A stretch of 64,000 nucleotides of DNA from Phoronis australis (GCA_002633005.1 NMRA01000283.1:408351-472350); one strand, 5' to 3'; numbered from the stretch's first letter, positions 24,076-38,254 are shown. The notes: generated by a model from the letters alone, not told the origin. Program-made: numbers and translations.

Positions 24076-25732
24076 GACCAATGTTTTCTTCGTGTTATGT
24101 GGACTTAAGCAAATTAACATGTGGCAGCCGATTCTTCTTATGTCTCCATTACGTTCCGGTGGATCATTTTGATTGTAACTGCACACGGAACTTTACCGTA
24201 GAGCTGGACGACAGCGTTTCGCCTTAGGCCTACATTACCAGTCTCCGCCATTTGCATTACTGTTGAGCTCTGCAGCTGCGCATGCGTTGTTGCAATATCG
24301 TTTGTATTTTAATGACTATCCTTTTCATTCTTTATAAACAATTCATTCGTTCGTAGCAACTTTTTTCAATTTTTGCACTAGTTAAAAGTTAGTAACTCTT
24401 TGAACTTTAGTCAAACCCAAAAAAACGTCGAAAGCGGCGTTAAGAGTTTTTTTTTTTGTCTATTACTCGGACCATAGGCCTTTAACAGGACACGCTATTC
24501 AAGCGAGTGTAAATTTGCGTTCCGTACAAGAAGCAAACGCTTGATTCAAAAAACTTATTGTTAAAAATTGGTCTCAAATTGTTCCTTTATCGAACAGGTT
24601 GCGAGCTCTGGGCTTGCTAAGAATTGACAGAGTCGTTATTATTTGAGACCATGCCAGGCGTATAAAACGACACGCTGTGACAAACCAACTTGTAAAAGCT
24701 GGTCACAAGCCACAGAGAACTGCCACTTATTTCGAAGCCTTGTAATGCTCTCCAATCTGACTAAGGAGTAATATGATACCAATTCCATAACGGTCTAAAT
24801 CAGACGTTGTGTCTGGTGGATTGCAAGTTTATAGCCTCTTTGACGTGGAAAGTATATACGCACGCACGCGCACACGCACGCGCACACACTTAGCCATGCA
24901 AATAAATGCACGAGTATTTTTTCGAAAATTACGTAAACATACATGTTAGGTGGGCTTAAACTTGCATTTATAATTGCAGGACAAACATTCACAAACCAAA
25001 TGCCACTTCGTCCCATAAAATACAGCAACATGATTTTAACACCCAAAAATGTCTTGTTGAAAAACTCCTAACAGTGACCCTAATACTAGAGCTGAAAAGA
25101 TATCAGAGGCCAGGCTATTCCTGGCATTCAGGCAGGCCCACAGTGCAGTTTACAAGTTTGTTGACTAATTTTATCGGGAAATCGCTGGTTGTCTGGAACG
25201 TTACCTCATGAGTTAATTTCGCTTGATGATTCCTCTCTGAACAAAAAAATGACAAATGAAAATGAAGTAATGAAGTTTCGGTTGATTTGATGACTGCAGC
25301 ACTCGATCAAAACTCAGTCGAGCAGACAAAAGGAAATTCAGTCACAGAACAAACTCTTGCGTCTAGTCCGTGAAATCTTTGGGTTAGGCCTACAAGCTCA
25401 AGTAAGATTGCATGGGTCACGTGCGGGATGTGGCAGTACAGGAGTACAGGTCACCTGTTCTATGGTTATACCAAAATTCTATAACACTGGCCGCATTTGC
25501 ACAATACATCCCCAGAGCCTAGTGACACGTGCACCTGGCATGGTATGTGATTTGCCTATCCTAGATAAATTATTTCCTTGAAGTGAAAGCAAACATTTAC
25601 ATTTTGTTTCAACCGATAAACTGTTGAAGATTTGACATAAAAACAGGTAGCGTCGTTTATTTCAACATAGTGAGAGCGAATCTTTTCAAGGCAACAGTTA
25701 CCACTTTGAGAAAACCCAGTTTCCGTTTGACA

Positions 25733-28246
25733 ATGCTCAAGTTTTTGCTGGTGGCAAGTGTTGCAGCTTTGATCACATTCAAGGTGGATGGGTAAGTTTT
25801 CATACATAAAGTCTCTAAGTACTCCCGTATGCATGGCTAGGAACCAAGAAAACCGTGTTCGCTTTTACACGATACGCAAATTATGCGTGTATTTAAACTG
25901 CACTCGGAGCATCTCGGTATATTGTAAATACCTTAGATATATTCTGGTGCTCAAGCAGTTCCTCTACTCAGACATGCCGACCATTTACTACACTGTAGTG
26001 TCTTAGAACTCGCAATTTGTATTTCGCTTTGTGCACAGTTGAGCTAGTTGATTTCAGATGAATCGGTAACAATTACCTGCTCTTAGAGTCTTAGACTTTG
26101 GTAAATTCCGTAAGTGCTGGAGAAGAGAGTTACGCTATTCAGTCAATTTGGTTTTGGTAAGTTTGACGAAGACTGCGAGACTTAATAAGTGAACATTGAA
26201 ATTCTCCCTCGTGAGAATGACCGTAAATTGTGCACGACATTTATTTACACTTTGGCAAACGAAAATTCATTTTAAACTGAAGAAATATCTGCAACAATAT
26301 TGCTGTTTATATTAAAATATTACGCGCACAACGTATATGCGGATCACATAACAAAAATATATGTTCCTACCTACTGACCAGAAACTCAGTGGAGTGAGGG
26401 CACCCAGGGTGAGGGCAAACAAAATATTCTAAATAGGCGAAGCCACTGATTAGCTTAAATTTCAGCTGACAACGGTTGCATGATTGTCTCGCTTAACTTA
26501 CAAATACATGTGTCCATGATCTTTCAGACAAAATCAAAACCATTGCCAAGATGTAAAAGAGGACGTGACAGAAATGAAGTCTATGATGGAGAAACTTCTC
26601 AAGAAAATGGAAAATTGTAAGAGTAACTTGACTATAGCAAGATTTACTTCATTTGAAGTTTCATATCCAATAATTGACGTATGCCTATGAATAAACGGTG
26701 TAACGATCTGATTTTCATTGCAGAATCACATATTATTCATTAAATAAAATTGGTCTTTTTAGGCTCTGTTTCTCCATTTAATCTTCACAAAGACTGCGCG
26801 GATCTGTATAAATCCGGCGTCAGGAAAAGCGGCGTGTACACCATCAACGTTGGTGACAACGGTTTAAAGATGCAGGTTTACTGCGATATGGTTAGCCACG
26901 GAGGTGGCTGGACGGTAAGACCGTGTGGCCTGAGTGCGTACGTGCATGATTTAAACGTGTGTTTCGCCCTGTTTAGCTTGCTAAAAATTGAAAATCGAAG
27001 GGGTATTCATTGAGTATCTTTTTTCTCATAATATTCTATCCCGTTGTTGAATTCCATAACCATTACCAAGTCAAGTGATAGTCAATGCTTAGTTACGCAA
27101 TTTTCGAATTCGCAAATTTTAGGATTTATCTATATAGTACATACCCCAATAAACTTTGACTAGGTTTTTTGAGATGCTGCATGTTTCGGATATCCTATAA
27201 CGCTAAGGAATATTAGGAGACGTGTTTTATGACAGTAATTCAATTTTTAGTCAGATAAACAGGGCGAAATGCAGCTTTAACTCCAATTAACAACAAAACA
27301 GTTTCCTCATTCCCACCAGATGGCGGTACTACTGCAGTTACAACTACTACTTTGGTCTCATTGGACCAAACACTGTTTGCATTAAACAACGTGCGATTTT
27401 CTCACCGCCGGATTAATAGAACACCTAGAAATCCTAAAAGATAAAGGTCTGGGAACTAAGTCGGAGCTTGCACAATAGTCACTTTCTCTACCTCGGTCAG
27501 CAAAGTGTTCTCCCCTTCGTTGGCATAAGTTTTTACCCTTCCAGATTCTGTCGCGAGGCGGGTCCCTCTGGTTGGATGGAGGGAGCCCTAATACTGATTA
27601 GCTTAATGGATGATCCGACACTGTTATCAAATCTTGTAAGTTTGCTGTCGGGAAACATTTTTACTTTACTGGTTGCACACGTTTCGATGCCAGTCACTCA
27701 ACTTTTGACAGCCAGCTATATCCATGTAGTCACCCACTGTAGTCATTTCTGATATCATTAGATGTTTCAACGACGACAAGATGGTTCCGTGGACTTCTAC
27801 CGCACCTGGAATGAATACAAACAAGGGTTTGGCAACTTGGACGGCGAGTTTTGGCTAGGTAGGACTTATCGCCCACATATAGGCTTATTAAACCCGGTCG
27901 CTTCTCTTCTGGCGTGCTGTACGCAGTTGTGCATTAGTGTTTCGTGTTCTGTATTGCGCGCACCTAAAATTAAGTTCAAGGTCAATGCTTTTCAGTTCAT
28001 CTATGGTTGTAAATATCTGTACCAGGAGTGTCTTTTTTGTTCATAGAGCTATTCGACTTCTTTCACTCTAATATTCAACAGGTAACGAGAACATTCATCT
28101 GCTGTCGCAGCAAGACCACTACACACTACGTGTAGATTTGGAAGACCACAGTGGAACTCAAGTCTATGCTCTTTACGATTCGTTCTCCTTAGCATCCGAA
28201 GCTCTCAAATACAAGCTTGCCATCGGGTCGTATTCGGGAAACGCAG
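25733..28246 (+). CDS. Secreted fibrinogen-related domain protein (FReD; ficolin/MFAP4/angiopoietin-like); last exon missing, likely in the N gap
   Basis: Exons 25733-25791 (signal peptide [20 protein letters not shown]), 26528-26616 (short coiled coil [24 protein letters not shown]), 26763-26914 ([10 protein letters not shown]...SGVYTI...VYCDM..GGGWT), 27762-27858 ([32 protein letters not shown]), 28082-28246 (NENIHLL...LRVDLED...[13 protein letters not shown]). Phases are consistent. Confidence 0.92.
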
Positions 28247-28701
28247 GTATTATTATAGAAGTCATTAACATTATTTTATCCACTCAAAGATGCTGATTTG
28301 AGTAAAAAAACTTCAGCAACAAACCTTAAGTGAACCAGGTGCCAGTTCATGCTGTACAACCATAGACTAACGAGTGTATATGGTACCATGCCAACTTTTT
28401 TGCTAAGAGAATGAGCGGGGTAATGAGGGACATATTAACATGGATGCCATGAGCTTCTGCTTGACTAATGAACACCCCACATCTAACAGTAAATCTGCAA
28501 TATCTCCGCCGCATCACCTTGGACCTACTTGTGTCTCAATAACATGTATCTCAATAAACCAGAAGATATTCAACCCATAAGCAGAAAAAGACACATAATG
28601 GCAGCAGAACGTTCATCAGATGTGAGGTCAGGAATCTTATCGTAACCTCACCTATCCAGCTAACACTTTGTGACAAAGCTGAGCCAAATTATGGGGACCA
28701 G

Positions 28702-29457
28702 NNNNNNNNNNNNNNNNNNNNNNNNNNNNNNNNNNNNNNNNNNNNNNNNNNNNNNNNNNNNNNNNNNNNNNNNNNNNNNNNNNNNNNNNNNNNNNNNNNN
28801 NNNNNNNNNNNNNNNNNNNNNNNNNNNNNNNNNNNNNNNNNNNNNNNNNNNNNNNNNNNNNNNNNNNNNNNNNNNNNNNNNNNNNNNNNNNNNNNNNNNN
28901 NNNNNNNNNNNNNNNNNNNNNNNNNNNNNNNNNNNNNNNNNNNNNNNNNNNNNNNNNNNNNNNNNNNNNNNNNNNNNNNNNNNNNNNNNNNNNNNNNNNN
29001 NNNNNNNNNNNNNNNNNNNNNNNNNNNNNNNNNNNNNNNNNNNNNNNNNNNNNNNNNNNNNNNNNNNNNNNNNNNNNNNNNNNNNNNNNNNNNNNNNNNN
29101 NNNNNNNNNNNNNNNNNNNNNNNNNNNNNNNNNNNNNNNNNNNNNNNNNNNNNNNNNNNNNNNNNNNNNNNNNNNNNNNNNNNNNNNNNNNNNNNNNNNN
29201 NNNNNNNNNNNNNNNNNNNNNNNNNNNNNNNNNNNNNNNNNNNNNNNNNNNNNNNNNNNNNNNNNNNNNNNNNNNNNNNNNNNNNNNNNNNNNNNNNNNN
29301 NNNNNNNNNNNNNNNNNNNNNNNNNNNNNNNNNNNNNNNNNNNNNNNNNNNNNNNNNNNNNNNNNNNNNNNNNNNNNNNNNNNNNNNNNNNNNNNNNNNN
29401 NNNNNNNNNNNNNNNNNNNNNNNNNNNNNNNNNNNNNNNNNNNNNNNNNNNNNNNNN
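28702..29457. other. Assembly gap (756 N)
   Basis: Run of N. Confidence 1.
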
Positions 29458-29699
29458 TATCCTAGATCCGCCACTGTTCTTTTAACGGTTTACTAAAGTA
29501 TAATTCCATCAGCAGTATCAAAATTTTATTTCTTATCATTTTCTGTTGTGTTTGCACACTCGCCATGACTTTAAACTTCATTTAAACGTTATCAATTGGC
29601 CGTTTAGCCAAAAAAACATGCCTGTGCTAACATTTTAAAAGTTTTCAATAAAAGATTTAATCTTCAGTTACACTATAATTTGTTGAAAAGAGCAGAGTT

Positions 29700-32600
29700 C
29701 TATTTTTTTGTCTTTGAAAACATCCTTAAGCTGTCAGTCATCAGTATGTCCATTTCATACTTCCTGTCAGGTGACATAGAGAAGTCGTCTGCTCCTGCAC
29801 CACAACCTGCATTTTCAGCAGGCCCTGGATATCCAGGGTGCACCATGAGTTCACAGGTCATAGCCTCTAACCCAGATGAGGACTTGGTACGAGTTACCAG
29901 TTCTGTCAATATGGTCTGTATTTTATGAACCGACATGTCAGAACCCACTAAGGTTGTTCCCATGAATTTGTCAGTGAACCTGAAAGCCATTAAAGAATTA
30001 TACAGGCATTACAGACAATTATTTGAATTCTTTCTTGTTTAAGTTTGAACTCGTGCTTAAAACTACCATTTACCTTGTTTTGGCAAGTAGCTCGTCTACA
30101 ATTGCATGCTTTCCAGGGTGTTGTTAATAAGTGTCATTTTGGTATACTAATCAAAAATTTCCTGTATCTTAGTTTAAAGAAACAGGCTTTTGGGTATCAA
30201 AAAGTTGTTGACTGTAAATTCATGCTATACGTGTGCTGACCTGACTCCATATTTCCTGAACAACTCCTTGCACTCGATGGATTGCACTTGGATGTCAGAC
30301 AGGAACCGTTCCAGGTGGGTATCCTGCCACTCATGACCGGCAAAGTCGACATCTAGGGGCAGGCGAGTTGAACACACTTTGTACTTCTTCATGGCTCGGG
30401 CAAATTCCTCACACACACCTGAAATGACTCAACTGATTCTTCAACTTGAGAAAAAACAACCGTACATCTACAGTAAAATGACAACGGGGGTGATCTTTTT
30501 AACACGAGATTGAGGGTGACGACAAGATTTTACCAATAACGTGTAGAAGTTAGTATGACAGTACATTTAAACTTTTGAAACTTGTTTATTTTGTTTCTTA
30601 CGTACTGTGGATTTTCTGCTAAAACGTGATGTAATATATCTTCCTCGGCTTTTGAATGAAGTCACCAAATACAAAATGCACCAACTTGAAGAGGCTGAAC
30701 TTTTACAAGCATAAGAACAAAACTCAATCAGTTCACTCAAAACCCGCAGCAACCGGCACCCTAAAAAGTCAGTCTGCTTGGAAACAATGATCCTTTCGGA
30801 AGAAACAGACGGGGGTCGAACGCGGATGTGTGGTCACAAATTCATCTGCTTTGTATATTACTTTGCTCGGCAATTTGAAAATCACGAGGTAGTCTGTTTA
30901 TGAATATAGGGCCTTAGGTCTTTTTGATACATAGCTAAACAGATTGAGAGCAGAAAGCAAGTCATCAACAGGCGGCGTTTGGTGGGCTAAAACCCCCATG
31001 TGGCTACTTAATTGTTGTCTCAGTAATGCCACCTGGTGGTACGTGAGTCACCCATTGCGTACCAGGAAATACGTGTACATGGTAATGGTCATCAACATGA
31101 CTGGGGTAAGATCCAGTCAATTCATGAAACTTCTCTAGCTGAGCCTCGATTTCATTCTTTATCTGAAATGAGAAAGTCACATGAATAGCACCCCAAAGAA
31201 CAGCGTACGGTAGGCAAATCACGAGTATGCCGTTACCTAGCTCCTGCAACACGTACTTTGTACGGAGCTATCATCGACAAATGTGCAAAAAGAAATTGCC
31301 AGACATCAATTTCTCCAGGACGTGGCCCAGTTTCAGTTGTCAATGGAGACGATGACCCATGTGTCATCAAAATGGACCCTTCAAACACACAACAAACAAC
31401 AATATTTTTCCAGATTCAAAAGAATAAAAATCAAGTTGCACTTAACTCATAGTTGTTTCAACGCGAAACGTCTTGAAAACAGAAACCTAAAACTTACACA
31501 GACAATGAATGGTTCCACTCAATATCGCCTCCCAGAGGCCAACTTTTCCTAGCAGCTTTCCATCCTTATCGACAAAAGATGTTCCTATATTTTTCAGCGA
31601 AACAGGATCTCCCTCTGTTAGGTTGAGATGGAGGCCTGGAACCATCCAAAGAATTCATGTTATTCATGTTAGTATCAAAGCAAATACTTGTGCTATGTTC
31701 AAACTCAGAGAAATGCAGTCTAAGATACGCAAGGTTTACGCCTTCTTAGCAGTAGGTGTGCAAACTAATGACGATGCACTGCCAAGTCAGGTAATTTTAG
31801 GCAGCCATCCTTATTTTTATTAACTATCGAAGTCCATCTTCAGTGGATTGAACATAGCCAACTTAACAAAATCGTTGTCTTAATAATTTGAATATTTAGA
31901 AAACCGATGGTGAAATAAAATTATTGAATCATCAAAAATACTTCATTAACTCATTAATTTGATGGGTAGCTAACTGAATAAATGATAAAGCAGAGCATTC
32001 ATATGTGCCCACTGCGAGTATCGCGAATGAGATGGGGCGCTAATTTTTTCAAATATTTTCACGGTAGCTAACTCCATCCAAAATCAGTATTAGATGCACA
32101 GGCTCTCCTCAATAGGAACACATGAGTCAAATTCAGGGATGATCTATCGACGAACGTGGTTCTATCCAGACACATGCGCTTACACTATTTGTCACTAGGG
32201 TGCACCACAGAAATCAGACAGGTAAAATAATTGACATCTGTGCTTTCCTCAATGGGATCACAAATGCTAAATGTAACGAATATCCACCAAAGAACTTAGT
32301 AAATACAAAAATTAAATTGCGACAAAAGCTGCTACAGCTCTAAACTGTCAGTCATGTTCTCCTCAATAAGAACACACATGCCAACTTTAACGATGACCCT
32401 TCAAGCAGAGAAGAGAGGCAGACGCCTAGAAATATACACGAAAAATGTCAAATTCATTTGAAACTGAGCAAGTGCTGTTGTTTCCCACAAAGCTAAATTT
32501 CATCATAAGGATCTATCAAGTAACGGGCTAGAAATTCAGGCATACAGAAAGGAAACCTAAATTGCCACCAGATGGTGCCACCTACAGTAGTCGCACGCAT

Positions 32601-35540
32601 CCTGAAATCAACCAACCCGTGCTTTCCGCAACAGGAGTATACAAACAATTTCAAGAAGGCCCATTAAGGAACTTGGTAGATAGAGGCCGAAAAAATGAGA
32701 TTGGACTCCACGGTAGTGAGAACTGTCCGAAAATAAACGCAAGTTGTGTTATCAATAAAAACACCGTATGTACCAAATTTTCATGAAAATACATCAAGGA
32801 ACTTGGTAGATATCGAAGCGGAGATAGGAAATAAAACTGCCACAAGCCTGCAATGCTTATGTCAGACCTGTCTAAAACTCAAATCCAGCCGTGGTCTCCT
32901 CAAGAGGAGCACTTCTGCCAAATTTCACAATGTTCTTTTCAGTTGTTTGGCAGATAGAGAGGCAGATACCAAAACAGATCCTAGAACAATAAAAATGGCC
33001 TGAGTCACTAGAGGGCACATAATAATTCAAATCCGTCTGACATTTGAAACATGTCGTTGAAATTGCATTAGGCACCCATTTGCCAAATTTAATAAAATTC
33101 TGTCACGGAACTTGGTAGCTACAAAGGGAAAAGGAAAAATAAGAAATTGTCACTATGAGGCACAACGGTAGTCGCCGGAAACCATCCAAAAGTCATTATC
33201 ACTGATTTCTGTTAGCTTTGAAAGAGAAAAACTGCCAAATTTCTCGAAGATCCTGTAAAAGGCTTACTTTAGGAAATACAACAGCGAGCACTATACGACA
33301 GACACCTAGGCATAGATGACGGTAATATGCACAGACATTATGTATTTGTGGACGCATAATTTTTTTTCTCACAATTCACAATAAATTGAGGTCAGGTGTA
33401 ACTGTACAAAACTGCAAGATTCAATGGATTTTGATATCCACAATTTTACTTGTATAAAAACTTCACAATCCTTGTTTGTTCTTAGTAACAATAAGCACAT
33501 CAATATTTCATGACTTGGGGGTTTTATATTGCTAAAAAGTTCAAAATGTTGGTTAAAATAAAATGTTATCTGGGTGGCTGAAAGTAAGTCACCGAGACAT
33601 TATCACAATCAGCACACGCTTCACTTGTTTCTCACGTCAAACTGAGCGATTCTTGTTTCTTAATTAGGTCAGAACAGGTCTCAATAACTATCCTGTTTGC
33701 AGCTGAAAATACCATGATGAACTGAATCGAGGACAAAATCCATGCTGACAAATGTAGTTTGATACTGCGACGTAAATAGGAAATGTAGCTAGACACCACA
33801 TCTGCTGTTACATTTGTGAGTATTAAATTTTCAAACGATGGGTGTATTTCCTTTATCTGTCGATATTTACCTTTTAACCTGCTGTTTTCAATTTTGGTGT
33901 TATCTCATAGCAAAGTAAGCTAGAAAGACAAAATCTGCATAAATTTTAAATTTAATATGCAGAAAATTTTATCATTGCTCAGTTTCATAATTGTTGAAGT
34001 TACAACACTTCGAATCTCCTACAGTCTATGTTAATGTCATTTATGGTCGACATATGTCCCGAATAATATATAAAAGGTTCGTGGGTCACAAGCTCGTTAC
34101 CAGAGATAAAAAGGAGACCAAGGTAGGCGATATAAGGTCATTCATTACGATTAATACAAGTACAAGTAATAGATAGTGAATCAACATTAGTAAAGTAAAA
34201 ATGATAATTTCTGGTAAGATGGGCAATAAAAAAGCGCCACAAGAGATGTTGTAAGACAGCTCATGCCCTGAAATATATCATTTTTCTCCCAAGGCAGCAG
34301 TCGTGTTCTGTTTGGACAGCAACAAAAATGAGATTGAAATTATTGATCTGGCTTAGCATGTGCACAACAAACTGTATTCAATGTTTTGTGTATGTTAACC
34401 AGGTCTGGTACATAGTTGAAGACAAGTAATTTTGGAACTGACAAATCTGACAGTATATTATATCTCCACTTGACTGGCATCAGTGTCAACAGCACCAATA
34501 TGAAAACAGTTGGTTTATATCCCAGTATAGCGAAATACAAAATCACATACAGTAATAATCACTAAATGAACATACCAAACGGAAGCCCAGCTTGTTGAGC
34601 CAATGAGACTGCATGCTTTGCTGCCAAGCCATTTACCATCAAAGTTGCACTGGTGATACCGCCGGCCTTATAGCACTCCACGATACCATGGTTACGGATC
34701 TCGCTGTAGCCGAAATCATCAGCATTCACAACTAGTGATACAGACCTGTTGAATTAAGGTTGTAGTAACTTGTGTACGTTTTTGAGTTGAAAATGTTCCA
34801 GGCTACACAAAAATTACAATGCCTGGTTAATTAAGACAACCAACTTTGGCCAAAAATAATCGTCAAACTTGAATATGCCCGATTCAATTTTCAAATTGTT
34901 CGAACGTTGTTATGAATGTCTTCAATTTTTTCAAAATAATGCCCCATGAAAGCTATAGTTAAGAACTTGGAAACGGTAGAGAATTGTTTTTACCTGGTTA
35001 TATTTAGGAAAAGGAGATGAATTCCACTCATCTGCCCTATTATGTGTTAAGTCGTTGAGATGTTTACCATTGTTATTTTCTCAGTGATATAAAGTGAAAC
35101 TGAATACATCTATTACAGGAACAAGGAGATTATTAATGGCCGCCTTGTTGATGGTAAAAATGGATATCATACAAATTTTAAAAGTCACGCAGACATGTAA
35201 AAATGCCACATTGCTAAAAGTAATCAAATCGGAAGGTTCAAAATAACCCATCAATGAATATTGGTATCGTGACGTAATGTGACTACTGTATTCAGCATAA
35301 CTGAGGTTAACATTTTGACTGTTAAACAAAATATGTCAGTGAGAACCTCAATGTCCGACTTAAAAGGCAATGGCAGTCAGGCATGATGAAAAAGCGCAAT
35401 ATTAAACAGGAGCTAGTTACAGTACACACCTACTTTTCAGATGAAATATCAATGATATAATCTGCAAGTAAAACGATGTCTAGAAGAACTGTTTTAGGAG
35501 TACAAGTGTTTTCAGCAATCAGGACATCATGTACTTACAT
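29700..35540 (-). pseudogene. YDJC: Inverted duplicate of YDJC, probably pseudogenised
   Basis: Exons (minus): AT 35539-35540 with GTAAGT donor, 34576-34745, 31498-31635 (138 nt vs 140 nt, frameshift), 31063-31162 (DGHHH changed to DDHYH), 30241-30418, 29700-29979 (1-nt deletion, premature TAG). Intron homology to the first copy is visible, e.g. 33715-33765 vs 14630-14690. Confidence 0.88.
31975..33365 (+). mobile_element. Helentron/HINE-like non-autonomous element with degenerate internal repeats, inside an intron of the YDJC copy
   Basis: Repeated CTCCTCAATA.GAACACA...CCAAATTT(T)CA...GGAACTTGGTAG modules, a GACAGAC-like tract near the end and a GCATAATTTT terminus. Not seen in the equivalent intron of the first YDJC. 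Confidence 0.55.
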
Positions 35541-36184
35541 GTTAATCCAGACGTACACTAAAGTACATCTGTAGTCTGTGATGTAGACGAGTTATGACAC
35601 ATAAATAACTGATAATGTCGTTCACAGCACGGGGAATGCTTATTTTTATACTGAATAATTAACCCAGCTAGCAGTGCACTGTTCTCTGAATGCCAATCCG
35701 GGTCATTGGAGGGTGTCTCTGAAGAGCCAAATGCAGTTTTGAAACATGGGTGATTTCTATAGTTTATTCCTGTGATTTTGGCCTAAAAATGCCCCACTTT
35801 CCATCATTTTAACCTGTTTCTTACCGAGACTAGAAAAGATTACTGTGCTTGAGAAGAGTTAACACATCGTTGTTTGCCTCAGGCCTGGCTTGTTAATTTC
35901 CTTGTCACGGGGGATCAGTCACCACGGCAGTGGCCTACAGTATTTAAGTGGAATTCAGGCGTTTTTGTAGCTAATTTAAATTCATATAAAGGCTAAAGTT
36001 GCGATGACATTGCTTTGGAAATGTAGATACGTCTATCAGGAAAGTTGACGTTTTTAACCGTTAGTGCATTGTCAGCCTGAGCCGATATATAACAAAAAAG
36101 TTACACACTGGATAACAACTAATAGGCCCCTAGGAAGGTAAAAATTATGGTAGATAGAGGCAATGGATTCCACCATTGAGTCCT

Positions 36185-37225
36185 TTCTTTGTCAGCGGTT
36201 ATCAATAAAATTATGAAAAGGGTGGCCACACGGATGCAATCAACGGGCTCCCCAATTGCTGGGCCCATGAAAGCATTTATACTTTCAAAAACAGGAAGTG
36301 AGCAGCAACTGATGCCATCACCGGGTCAGGTTCTCATTTTTTATCAAATGAAAGAAGAAAAAAGAGAGTGGCTGAATTATCCCTTGTCAAAGAGAGGTCC
36401 CTGGAGATTGGCAGTTTTGCATTCCCTAAAATCGTTTTCTTGATTTCATAAGTCCAGTTAGTTCATATCTTCTTCAAAAGCTGTGCTTTACAAATTTTCT
36501 TAACTGTTTCGAAATACGTGTATCAGTTGATTAAAAGGATACTAAACCCGGTTTGTGGCCTATTAACATACCCTAAAAACGACATTCCCATCCATTTCCC
36601 TGAAACAAAATAATGCTCCGTAACCCTCGATCGACAACCCTCAAAAACTTGAAGGAAATTTGAAAACTCCTTTCAAAGTCTGCTAAAGGGGCAAGCGTGA
36701 CCTACGCTTTTAGCGAATTACGCGGCAACTGTGGAAAAAACCACCTGCCAAGGACCATTATGTCCAAAATTGTGCCATAGGGAGTATGAGTTTTAGTTGA
36801 TTCCTGCCTTTAATTTGGAAGGTTGACGCCAATGAGGCATTAGCAGGTGATGGAACGAGGATTGGTTGAAATCATCAGAACAGGGTTCAGCATCCATTGA
36901 AGTATCAATAAAAAACATGAAGAGAGTGGCCATCAACGGGCCACCTGCAACTGTTGGGGCACTGAATATGAAAGAATTTTTAATTTCGAAAAACAGGAAA
37001 TGAGAAGCAATTGATGCTATGTGTCAGGTTCTCAATTTTTATCACGTGATGGCCATTTTCAATAAAAACAAAAACAGAAGGAAGCCACAAATGACACCAT
37101 CATCCCTTGTCATGAGTCCCCGGAGATATAGATCTGCATTCCCTTAAATTGTCTTCCTGTGAATTAATATGCTCTGCAAAAGCTGTGCTTCGCACATTTT
37201 CTGAAATTTTTGGAAATACATGTAA
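36185..37225 (+). repeat. Diverged direct duplication, about 330 bp (36185-36520 and 36895-37225)
   Basis: Colinear shared blocks TATCAATAAAA...GTGGCCA, AAAAACAGGAA.TGAG.AGCAA.TGATGC, GTCAGGTTCTCA.TTTTTATCA, CAAAAGCTGTGCTT. Confidence 0.8.
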
Positions 37226-38254
37226 CGAATTATTAAGTTTACCCCCCCCCCCCCCNCAAGGCCCTCAAATGATCAATCAAACACTGGTGGCTGACAATGT
37301 TATCTTGAATTATTTCCTCAAGCCCCGTCCTTATGGTGGTTTCCACAGTTATACCCTGATGCCTGGAAATTATTGAGGGGCAAGTGCCCCCCAGGTCCCT
37401 TACTTCCTGCAGCCCTGCATCACAGTATCACATGCCACACTGCTGTTCTTGAACAAACTTATATTTTTATGCAACCCAGCCAAGAACATTTTTTATACAT
37501 AAAATACACCTTGTTTATTATTTTAACAATATTAAAATATACAGCATAAAAATTTACAAACATTTTGCCCATAGTCTGAGCTCTACCATCTTCATAGGGA
37601 TACCCTGAAGCTTGGAGTGCAATGTACCAGAGCAATTACATTATTTTTTTAAATGTGGATAGTGATACCTGTACTTTTTATTCAAAACGATAATTAATTA
37701 AGATTAAGTACCTCCTAAACAATGGTGTTTCATGGTAAAACGCAACCTATATTTTCAGTTATAACTGTGTACCTTTCTTAAAGCACAGGATATTTGCCTT
37801 AGGCGTGAGAGCAATGAATTTAAGTTGAACCAGACAGACCCCTGAGCTGAATATTATAATATAGGTCATGCACTGAGTTAGGTAACAAATGAGTTTGACT
37901 ATACTCAATCGACTACCCCAATCAGAGATGGTATCAGAAACCTGACAAAATGTAAATTTGCATGGTTACATTGGCATAAATGCATAATACACTTATCAAT
38001 CTGACCGATGTTATTACCTTTACTTTTAAATTCAACTTGCCTTCATACAGTGCAATCCACATTTTCAAAAAAAAAAAATAAAATAAAATTAATACAGCAC
38101 ATCCAGAGAAACAAGAAACAGTCCTTGGAAAATAAAGACATATCCCTTCAGCTTTCAATCAACTTTCATCTTTTGCTTGCCTGTCATCTATCAAGACCAG
38201 TCAATTATACACAGATAAAAACTGCAGCAGCAAGACAGTCTACTACAGGAACAA

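Noticed and set aside
24661-24667. TATAAAA as the FReD gene promoter
   Set aside because: About 1.07 kb upstream of the ATG with no linking non-coding exon that I could define; not supportable in AT-rich DNA.
28670-29485. 271-aa and 261-aa ORFs in the ORF track
   Set aside because: They consist of X residues across the N gap; artefacts.
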